From a virus (Duplodnaviria; Heunggongvirae; Uroviricota; Caudoviricetes): 64,000 nucleotides of DNA. The stretch lies in the IMG/VR virus record IMGVR_UViG_3300011960_000019; one strand, 5' to 3'. Both the position numbers and the translations under genes were made by a program. The notes beneath the pieces are model-generated. The model saw only the letters and a list, made by a program, of their open reading frames with translations, was not told the origin of the DNA and did no database searches. This document shows positions 56,281 through 64,000 of the stretch, piece by piece. The stretch's first letter is position 1, and each line of letters opens with the position of its first letter.

Positions 56281-56855
56281 TTCATGTGCAACTTGGTGGC
56301 CCGATGGCCAGACATTTCGGCCGCCACTGGCATTTAAAAGTGCGCAACACCAAACAGGCGTTGGATTTGGTCGAAGCCAATCGTCCGGGCTTAAAAGCAT
56401 GGATGAAGCGCAACATGAAGACCTACGACAGTTACCACATCCAGATCACCAATAAGCAGGGACACAAGTGGTCGGTTGATGAGAGCGAGTTTCAAATGAT
56501 GGGGCAGTCCGACAACATCGCGAAGATCCGCATCACACCGGTTCCTCGCGGTAGTGGCGGTAAGGCTTTTGGTTGGTTCCAGACAGTCGTAGGGGCACTC
56601 GTCATGGTTGCCTCATTCTGGTTCCCAGCGCTGGCCCCGCTCGGCTTGTCGCTAATGATGGGCGGTATTTCGCAGCTAATTTCGCCCCAGGCGACCAATG
56701 ACAGCGTAAGGCAGGCAGATAACTCGAACTCGTTTTATTTCGACGGGCCACAAAACACCACTAACCAGGGCAACCCGGTTCAGCTCATTTATGGCGAGGA
56801 AATTCTGGTCGGCTCACAGGTTGTGAGTTCTTCGATCACCATCGACCAGCTTTAG
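56268..56855 (+). CDS. tail assembly protein I (lambda gpI-like)
   Basis: Ubiquitin-like N-terminus plus a hydrophobic C-terminal segment. Canonical position between K and J. Confidence 0.7.
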   Translation: MSELVHVQLGGPMARHFGRHWHLKVRNTKQALDLVEANRPGLKAWMKRNMKTYDSYHIQITNKQGHKWSVDESEFQMMGQSDNIAKIRITPVPRGSGGKAFGWFQTVVGALVMVASFWFPALAPLGLSLMMGGISQLISPQATNDSVRQADNSNSFYFDGPQNTTNQGNPVQLIYGEEILVGSQVVSSSITIDQL

Positions 56856-56870
56856 TAAGAAGGGAAATTT

Positions 56871-59800
56871 TTGAACATGGAACAGTTCAAGAAGAAGAGA
56901 CTGCCTCTCCTGATTGCAGGTGCTGGCGGTAAGAAAAGCAGTGGCTCCAGCCGCACGCCGGTTGAAGCCGACGATACCGTAAACTCGCGTGCTATGGCGT
57001 CCATCCTCGACCTGCTCGGGGAGGGTGTCATTGGCGGGCTGGTGGATGGCGCAAAGTCGATCTTCGTTGATGATCTGCCAATCCTTAACGAAGACGGGTC
57101 TCCAAACTTTAGCGGTATCACGTGGGACTTCCGCGATGGTTCACAAGACCAGACGCCGATGTCCGGGTTCGATTTCGTTGAAACGCCGAAGTCAGTCAAC
57201 ATCCAGCTGAAAAGAATGCACGACGTTACGATTGCCATCGATAACGATGAGGCAGACCGTGTCCGCGTCATTCTGAAGTTCCCGTCTCTGCGTAGCATTG
57301 ACAAAAAGACCGGTGATACCAACGGTACGACCGTGAAGTACAAATTCCAGATTGCCAATGGCGATAATGCCTTCAAGGACGCCATCGCAGAAGGGGAGAG
57401 CACTTCCGAAATTACGCTGACGGCAAAAAAGACGGGCGTCTACTACCGCAGCTATGAGCTAAAACTGCCCAAGCCAGGTCGTGCCTACAAGGTTCGCGTG
57501 CTTCGTCTGACCGATGACAGCAACACTCAGTACATCTTTAACGATACGTGGGTAGACTCTGTCGGTGAGATTGTTGATACGCCGATGAACTACCCGAACT
57601 CCGCGCTGGTCGGCCTCAAGGTCAACTCAGAGCAGTTCGGCAGCTCGATGCCGTCTCGTTCGTATCTGGTGCGTGGCCTTAAGATCCGCATCCCGTCCAA
57701 CTACGACGAGCACACAAACACCTATATCGGCGTATGGGATGGCACATTCAAGCTGTTGTCATCTTCCAACCCTGCCTGGATTCTCTTCGACCTGCTTACC
57801 AACGCCCGTTATGGCCTGGGGCAGTACGTTTCTGAGTCCATGATTGACCTCGGGCAGATCTACCAGATTGGGCGCTACTGCGACGAAGAGATTGACGATG
57901 GTTTCGGTGGCAAAGAGAAGCGCTTCGCTATCAACACCCAGATCACCAGCCGTCAGGACGCGTACCGACTGATTCAGGATATCGCTGGCGCCTTCCGCGG
58001 AATGGTCTTCTGGGCTGGCGGCATGGTTAACGTCATGCAGGATAGTCCGTCAGATCCGGTCATGATGTTCACCAACGCGAACGTCAAAGATGGCATGTTC
58101 AGTTACAAGGGATCTGCGCGTAAAGACCGTCCTTCAGTGGCTCTTGTGACCTACAACAACAAGGAAGACGGCTACAAGCAGAACATCGAGTACGTCGAAG
58201 ACCAGGAGGCGATGCGTCGTTATGGCGAGCGCAAAACCGAAGTGGTTGCGTTTGGCTGTACCAGCCGTGGCCAGGCGCATCGTGTCGGTCTGTGGCTGCT
58301 GTATACCGCACGCATGGAGTCCGACGTTATCAGCTTTACGGCAGGGCTGGATGCTTCTTTCCTGATGCCGGGCGAAACGGTGCTGATTCAGAACAAATAC
58401 CGTGCTGGTAAACGCAACTCTGGCCGCATTGTGGCGTTCACAAAGAACAGCATCACTCTCGACGCACCGGTTACGCTGAATAAGGCTGGTAGCTACATCC
58501 GGATCTTGAATCAGGAAGGAGAAATCGTTGAGCGCGATATTCTTGAGACCGGGGAAGACATTACCAAAGTGACCTTCTCCAAAGCGCTCAATTCTGGTGA
58601 TATGCCGGTTATGAATGGCGTCTGGACGATTACCGAGCCAGATCTGGAACCAATGCGCGTGCGTGTTATCAACGTTGCCCAGGGCGAGGCTCAGGGGACG
58701 TTTGACGTTACCGTTGTCCAGAATAACGCATCGAAGTACGAAGCCATCGACAACGGCGCGACGCTGATCCCCGAGAACAACACCGTTCTCGACCCGACTT
58801 ATTCGAAGCCGACCAACCTGCAGGTGACGGAAGGGACGTATATCTCCAGTCCGGGCAACCTCTCAATCAAGCTCGTTGCCACCTGGGAAGGTAAGTCTGC
58901 GGAATATTGGATCAGCTGGCGTCGTTCCGATGAGAACAACGTCTCTAACTGGCAGTCCGCACGCGTTACCGAAGAGCAGTTCGAGATCCTCAATATTGCC
59001 GAGAATGGTCAGTACGACATTCAGCTCTATGCGGTTTCGTTCAGCGGCAAGAAGACGGATATCATCAGCACCGTTTATCAGGTGAAAGGTACGATGACGC
59101 CGCCAGGCTCTCCTACCTCTCTGACGGCCGTGGGTGACTACCGCAACGTGATTCTGAATTGGGTCAACCCGGACTCAATCGACCTCGATCACATCAACGT
59201 GTACGCCTCCCAGACCAACGATCTGGAAACGGCAAAGTTGATTGCAGAGGCTGCCAGCACCACGTTCACCCATGCCGGTCTTGGGGATAGCGAGACCTGG
59301 TACTATTGGGTTCGCGCGGTGAACAAGCGTGGCATGTTAAGCCCGCCGAACTCCAATCTGGGTACGGAAGCGATGACGCGAGACGTCCTCTCATTCCTTA
59401 CCGGGAAGATCACCTCTTCCGAGCTGGGACAGGAGCTGCTGGAGGAAATCGACTCTAAAGCCTCTCAGGATGCGGTCGACGCCATCAACAAACAGATGGA
59501 AGAAAGCCTGAAAGAGCTTGATCAGTCCGTTACCGATCTGGACAGCAAACTGGAAGACACCAGCGGTCGGCTTGAACAGGCCCAGAACGACCTCAAAAAT
59601 GAAGTCTCTGGCACGCTGGACAAGGTCAACGACGCGCTGCAACAGGTTGAGGACTCTAATGCGGCTCTGGTTGAGTTGCAGGAGGCCGTTTCCGAGCAGG
59701 GCAAAGCCGTTGCAGGTGCTGTGGAAGCGGCACACGCTGCGCTCGACAATGCTTCCGCGCTGATTGCTGAAGAGCGTGAAGCCCGTGTCGAAGGCGATAA

Positions 59801-61565
59801 GGCAAATGCCAAACAGATTGAGGCAATGAAATCCTCCGTCGATGACAGCGTTGCCGCCGTCGAAGAGATGAAAAAGACCGTTGCCGAAGTCGAACGCGCC
59901 AGCGCGGAAGTATCGACCAATATCGAGGCTCTGGCCAAAACCAATATTGACCTCGCTCTGCGTCAGGATGAAGACCAGCACAAGCAAATGGTCAATAACG
60001 CGAAGATCGCCACCACTCAGAAGACGTTTGCCGACGATATGTCTGCAATGGCCTCAAAAGTGGAAGAGATCCGCGCAGAAATTGGTGAGGACATCCGGGC
60101 ATCGATTCTGGAAGAGACAACGGCTCGCGTAGAGGCTGATAAGGCGATCGCAACACAAATCACCAAGTTGGAAGCCCAGATCAATGATGATATTTCTGCG
60201 GCCATTGTTTCTGAGCAGGAGGCCAGAGCCACTGCGGATGAATCCCTGTCCAGGCAGATTACGTCACTGCAGGCGAAGGTAGAAGGTGACATTAGTGCGG
60301 CTCTTACCGAAGAGCAGATCGCCCGAGCTTCGGGGGATGAGGCATTATCCAAACAGATTACCAGCCTCAAGGCCCAGACGGGTGAGGATATTAAGGCGGC
60401 AGTTGCCAGTGAAACGAAAGCGCGTACTGACGCAGATAGCGCACTGGCAACTCAGATCAGCACGTTAAAGGCCCAGACTGCGCAGAACATCAAAGCAGCG
60501 GTTGCTACTGAGACTAAAGCTCGTACCGATGCCGATTCGGCGCTGGCCGGGCAGATCGCAAGCCTGAAAGCCCAGACTGGCAAGGATATTAATGCAGCAG
60601 TTACGTCCGAGGCGAACGCCAGGGCAAATGCTGATGGGGCGTTGGGATCACGTATCGATACGCTAAAAGCCTCTGTTGACGGTAACTCTGCAACGATTAA
60701 ACAACAGGCGACAGCTATTGCGGACACCAATAAAAAAGTCTCTACAGCCTGGACGCTTAAGATGGAGACATCGACAAGCGGTGGGCAGAAGTATGTTGCC
60801 GGCATTGCGTTGGGGATCGACAGCACTGGTCTGTCTCAATTCCTTGTTCAAGCCGACCGTTTTGGATTGGTGAACTCAGTGAATGGAAAGGTTACAACGC
60901 CTTTCGTCATTGAAAACGGTGTGGCATATATGAGCGGAGCTTGGATACAAAATGGCACTATCGATAATGCAAAAATAGGGCAGTTCATTCAGTCTAACGA
61001 CTTTCAAAGTGGTGTCAGAGGATGGAATATAAACAAAAATGGCTCTTCTGAATTTCAGAACATCAAAGCCAGAGGGGAGATTATTGCAACAACGGGAAGG
61101 ATGAGTAATGTCGTAATTGATGAGACATGTACTGTTAAAAAGCTATTCGCTGAAAACATCTATGGAGACATTATTACAGCATCATCCAATTTGACCGATA
61201 AGGTTTGGGGAAATACAACTGGCACTAGCTCGGGTACGCGTTACCCAATTGCAACCATACATGGTGCACCTTTCGAAAGAGTTTTTTTATTTTTAGGGAC
61301 AACTGCTGCGCATACCCTTTGGCGACAGAACGTCACAATTAGATGTGATGAGTCGATCGTTTTCCAATATGACACAGGAAACGATGGTTCAAGTGGCGAT
61401 TCTACAAAAAAATGGAATAACTTGTTATTAAGGATACCGGCTTCGTCGTATGGCGCGACCCAAAATCTGACAGTTCAGTTTCCAAACAGGGGCGATAGAG
61501 GATATCTCCAGTTCACCGGAATTCTAATGCTATATAAAATTTCTGGTTCGGTGACAATTCATTAA
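56871..61565 (+). CDS. host specificity / central tail fiber protein J (1564 aa)
   Basis: N-terminal RLPLLIAGAGGKKSSGSS...WDFRDGSQDQTPMSGFDFVETP is the lambda gpJ-family opening. The C-terminal third contains about ten tandem ~30-aa coiled-coil repeats (AxTDADSALAxQIxSLKAQTGxDIKAAV). Confidence 0.85.
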   Translation: MNMEQFKKKRLPLLIAGAGGKKSSGSSRTPVEADDTVNSRAMASILDLLGEGVIGGLVDGAKSIFVDDLPILNEDGSPNFSGITWDFRDGSQDQTPMSGFDFVETPKSVNIQLKRMHDVTIAIDNDEADRVRVILKFPSLRSIDKKTGDTNGTTVKYKFQIANGDNAFKDAIAEGESTSEITLTAKKTGVYYRSYELKLPKPGRAYKVRVLRLTDDSNTQYIFNDTWVDSVGEIVDTPMNYPNSALVGLKVNSEQFGSSMPSRSYLVRGLKIRIPSNYDEHTNTYIGVWDGTFKLLSSSNPAWILFDLLTNARYGLGQYVSESMIDLGQIYQIGRYCDEEIDDGFGGKEKRFAINTQITSRQDAYRLIQDIAGAFRGMVFWAGGMVNVMQDSPSDPVMMFTNANVKDGMFSYKGSARKDRPSVALVTYNNKEDGYKQNIEYVEDQEAMRRYGERKTEVVAFGCTSRGQAHRVGLWLLYTARMESDVISFTAGLDASFLMPGETVLIQNKYRAGKRNSGRIVAFTKNSITLDAPVTLNKAGSYIRILNQEGEIVERDILETGEDITKVTFSKALNSGDMPVMNGVWTITEPDLEPMRVRVINVAQGEAQGTFDVTVVQNNASKYEAIDNGATLIPENNTVLDPTYSKPTNLQVTEGTYISSPGNLSIKLVATWEGKSAEYWISWRRSDENNVSNWQSARVTEEQFEILNIAENGQYDIQLYAVSFSGKKTDIISTVYQVKGTMTPPGSPTSLTAVGDYRNVILNWVNPDSIDLDHINVYASQTNDLETAKLIAEAASTTFTHAGLGDSETWYYWVRAVNKRGMLSPPNSNLGTEAMTRDVLSFLTGKITSSELGQELLEEIDSKASQDAVDAINKQMEESLKELDQSVTDLDSKLEDTSGRLEQAQNDLKNEVSGTLDKVNDALQQVEDSNAALVELQEAVSEQGKAVAGAVEAAHAALDNASALIAEEREARVEGDKANAKQIEAMKSSVDDSVAAVEEMKKTVAEVERASAEVSTNIEALAKTNIDLALRQDEDQHKQMVNNAKIATTQKTFADDMSAMASKVEEIRAEIGEDIRASILEETTARVEADKAIATQITKLEAQINDDISAAIVSEQEARATADESLSRQITSLQAKVEGDISAALTEEQIARASGDEALSKQITSLKAQTGEDIKAAVASETKARTDADSALATQISTLKAQTAQNIKAAVATETKARTDADSALAGQIASLKAQTGKDINAAVTSEANARANADGALGSRIDTLKASVDGNSATIKQQATAIADTNKKVSTAWTLKMETSTSGGQKYVAGIALGIDSTGLSQFLVQADRFGLVNSVNGKVTTPFVIENGVAYMSGAWIQNGTIDNAKIGQFIQSNDFQSGVRGWNINKNGSSEFQNIKARGEIIATTGRMSNVVIDETCTVKKLFAENIYGDIITASSNLTDKVWGNTTGTSSGTRYPIATIHGAPFERVFLFLGTTAAHTLWRQNVTIRCDESIVFQYDTGNDGSSGDSTKKWNNLLLRIPASSYGATQNLTVQFPNRGDRGYLQFTGILMLYKISGSVTIH

Positions 61566-61628
61566 TTACAATGGTAGGTATGTACTTACTTATGTGGGCG
61601 GGAATGCCCGCACTTTCAAGGAGCGAAT

Positions 61629-64000
61629 ATGTGGTACAGGGAAGGTACTATCACATTTACAAAGGGAAGTGACACACTTGAGGGCACTGGTACGTTTTGG
61701 AACGTCACAGCCAATGGTGTATTGCCGGGTATGATTGTCATCGGACCCGATAACAGGCTGTACGAAATTAAGCGCGTGCTAAATGACACCCGCTTGACAC
61801 TCATGGAGCAGTACACTGGTGAGACCCAGAATGAGGTCCCATGCCGGATCATCACTACCTATGAAGGCGATCTGACCCAGTTCAGCGCCCGCTTTACAGC
61901 ATTGATGACCCGAATGTCAGCCGACTCGAAGACAATGAGAAGCTGGTTAACTGCCATTGATGAAGTGACACTCGAACGCGAGGATGGTACTGAGGTAACG
62001 GTTAAATCGCTCACCCAAATCGTCGATGAGCATAACGCAAACCAGAAATGGTATACGGATAACGCCGACGTTATCAATGCCGCTGGCGACAAGGCCAGGG
62101 AAGCTGCTGCCAGTGCCGCGGCCGCTGCGGAAAGCGCCAATACAGCGTCTACCAAAGCCACCGAAGCAAGCCAGAGTGCTGCCGCAGCTGCTGCATCAGA
62201 AAACGCTGCCGGTGCAAGCGCTTCCGCTGCCAAAACGTCTGAAACCAATGCTGAGAGCTTCAAGGTAGAAGCTGCTGCGTCTGCCGCGACAGCGTCTACC
62301 AAAGCGACTGAAGCGGGAGAATCAGCCACGAGTGCCGCGGCATCCAAAGATGCGGCGAAAGCATCTGAAACTCAGGCTGCGACCAGCGCGTCCGAAGCCT
62401 CTGCTTCAGCGTCTGCTGCGTCTGACTCTGCTGCTGCTGCCAAAACCTCTGAAACCAATGCCTCTGCCTCAGAGCAGGCCGCCGCTGGCAGTGCAGCTGA
62501 TGCGCTGGCCTCAAAAAATGCGGCTAAGGAATCAGAAACCCATGCTGCTTCGAGCGCCGGTGAGTCGGCGGCAAGTGCTGCGGCTGCCAAAACGTCAGAA
62601 ACCAACGCCGACGCATCACAGAAGGCTGCTGCTGCCAGCGAGTCAGCTGCCGCATCCAGCGCGAACGCCGCTTCCGAAAGCGCCACCGCTGCAGGTGAGT
62701 CTGCTGACGCCGCTTTAGCGAGTAAAAATGCTGCTGCGTCCAGCGAACAGAAGGCAAAAACTTCGGAGACCAATGCAAAGGCGTCCGAGACAGCTGCATC
62801 GGAGAGCGCAACGGCTGCCGAAGCATCAAAAGCGGCTGCCCAGAACTCAGAAGCCCACGCAGTGGAAAGTGCCGCTGCCGCAGCTGGCAGTGCTGATGCT
62901 GCGAGCAAATCCGCTACCGCGGCTGCCGATTCGGCCACAACTGCAACAGAGAAGGCCAACGTTGCCAGTGAACAGGCGACAGCTTCTGAGGCATCTGCCG
63001 CAGCCGCCAAAACCTCTGAAACCAACGCGAAGTCTGCTGAGACCGCCGCTGAAGGATCTGCAACAGCTGCTGCCAAATCCGCAGGTGAGGCTGCTGCTTC
63101 CGCAACGACTGCGACCGAAGCGATGGCAGTGGCTGAAGCTAAAGCCAAAAAAGCCTCTGACTCTGCTGCTCTGGCATCCACGAAAGCAACTGAGGCGACC
63201 GATGCGGCTGCCGGGGCGAAAACTTCTGAACTGAATGCCAAAGAATCAGAAACGAAGGCTTATGAGTACGCCCAGAACGCCCAGGCCAGTGTTGCCAGTG
63301 TGAAATGGAAAGGGACTTCGGCTGAAATGGACATGGCTACCGATGCGCCGAAGTGGGTGAAAGTGTCCACGGCACGTATGCCACAGTCGACCAGCACCGT
63401 ATACATCGAAGTGATCGGCGGGGCAGGGTACGAAGCCGGGCAGCCAGGGCTTGCTGCAATGGCCGATATTGTGCTGCGAACTGCTGCAGGCGATCCGAAA
63501 TCGTTGAATGCGGTCGCTTATCGCACTATGGATTCGGCTGTGTTGACTGTAGCTACCGTTAACACGACTGACGATAATTACGACATTTACCTCAAAGCCG
63601 GTGCTGGCTCTCAGAAGCTGGTCGTCAACCTGCAATCTGCCGGTGCTGTGGTCGAAACTCTGGAAGTACTTGAGGTTGTGGATACGCTGCCTGAAGACGC
63701 TGTAGAAGGGACTGTCTACCATCGCGTCATTTCTGATCAGGATGGCTCCATTACCGGTTCGCTGGTGGGTAATGCCAGCACTGCGACCGTACTTCAAACC
63801 GCTCGCCATATTGGTGGTGTTAGTTTTGATGGCTCTACCGATATCAATCTGCCTGGTGTAAATATTCAGGGTAATCAGAACACCACTGGTAATGCCGCCA
63901 CTGCAACCAAACTGCAAACGCCACGGACAATTAACAGTGTAACGTTCGATGGCTCTGCCAACATTACCATCCCGACACTGGTGTCTCGTGGGCGCATTAG
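61629..64000 (+). CDS. side tail fiber protein (5' partial view; runs off window end)
   Basis: Open frame from the ATG at 61629 with RBS aaggagcg. Long Ala/Ser-rich tandem repeats with recurring AAKTSETNA. C-terminal region carries tail-fiber repeat motifs (...TATVLQTARHIGGVSFDGSTDINLPG / TATKLQTPRTINSVTFDGSANITIP). Not in the ORF track because no stop occurs before the window end. Confidence 0.8.
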   Translation, partial: MWYREGTITFTKGSDTLEGTGTFWNVTANGVLPGMIVIGPDNRLYEIKRVLNDTRLTLMEQYTGETQNEVPCRIITTYEGDLTQFSARFTALMTRMSADSKTMRSWLTAIDEVTLEREDGTEVTVKSLTQIVDEHNANQKWYTDNADVINAAGDKAREAAASAAAAAESANTASTKATEASQSAAAAAASENAAGASASAAKTSETNAESFKVEAAASAATASTKATEAGESATSAAASKDAAKASETQAATSASEASASASAASDSAAAAKTSETNASASEQAAAGSAADALASKNAAKESETHAASSAGESAASAAAAKTSETNADASQKAAAASESAAASSANAASESATAAGESADAALASKNAAASSEQKAKTSETNAKASETAASESATAAEASKAAAQNSEAHAVESAAAAAGSADAASKSATAAADSATTATEKANVASEQATASEASAAAAKTSETNAKSAETAAEGSATAAAKSAGEAAASATTATEAMAVAEAKAKKASDSAALASTKATEATDAAAGAKTSELNAKESETKAYEYAQNAQASVASVKWKGTSAEMDMATDAPKWVKVSTARMPQSTSTVYIEVIGGAGYEAGQPGLAAMADIVLRTAAGDPKSLNAVAYRTMDSAVLTVATVNTTDDNYDIYLKAGAGSQKLVVNLQSAGAVVETLEVLEVVDTLPEDAVEGTVYHRVISDQDGSITGSLVGNASTATVLQTARHIGGVSFDGSTDINLPGVNIQGNQNTTGNAATATKLQTPRTINSVTFDGSANITIPTLVSRGRI

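Noticed and set aside
61859-63917. Ala-rich minus-strand ORFs (162, 289, 223 aa) and Pro/Arg-rich plus ORFs at 62026-63234
   Set aside because: They are antisense or off-frame reads of the Ala/Ser-repeat tail-fiber gene, whose own frame is open from 61629 to the window end.

Overview
This window reads as a segment of a temperate siphovirus that is maintained as a plasmid (a phage-plasmid), close in content to the SSU5/pHCM2-type elements of Enterobacteriaceae. That family assignment is an inference from gene content, not from a database match.

What the sequence shows directly:
- A P1/IncY-style replicon: an iteron-flanked RepA-like initiator, a duplicated GATC-rich origin module, and a phage-type Dam (N6-adenine) methyltransferase elsewhere in the window.
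- A lysogeny/recombination module: a tyrosine recombinase with a perfect LexA box upstream, convergent with an XRE-type repressor.
- A DNA metabolism block: PhoH-like ATPase, Gp49-like protein, glutaredoxin, a CobT-like vWA protein, a single 1460-aa ORF fusing a CobS-like AAA+ domain to a PHP-less DnaE-type polymerase, an SF2 helicase, an SbcD–small ORF–SbcC–RuvC recombination operon, and two ParB-like proteins coupled to a compact ABC ATPase.
- An 'early' block at about 35.5–46.3 kb of small genes, each preceded by a conserved promoter-leader cassette.
- A lambda-like distal tail module: a tape-measure C-terminal fragment, then M, L, K, I, J and a side tail fiber that runs off the window end.
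- One tRNA-Asn(GTT).

On top of this backbone sit several low-GC accessory islands. The best candidates for previously undescribed systems are:
- A tRNA-adjacent two-gene island: an AbiH-like protein plus a 463-aa partner with a PD-(D/E)xK-like core.
- A DUF4365-like PD-(D/E)xK protein apparently inserted into a truncated SPFH gene.
- A YafO-like toxin with a non-canonical 207-aa upstream partner.
- A GIY-YIG protein followed by a 396-aa zinc-binding protein.
- The translationally coupled ParB-like/ParB-like/ABC-ATPase trio abutting the truncated tape-measure gene.
- A 1.4-kb ORF-free region with three families of direct repeats.

Two dispersed cis-element families are visible by eye:
- A GGTAAGTACTTACC-type palindrome, which also sits in front of the repressor gene itself.
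- An AAACAA-N-TTGTTT leader/promoter cassette.

Several genes look truncated or frameshifted: the tape measure, the SPFH fragment, a methyltransferase motif-I remnant, and the RuvC-like gene.

All functional calls rest on motifs recognised by eye. None is backed by a database search.
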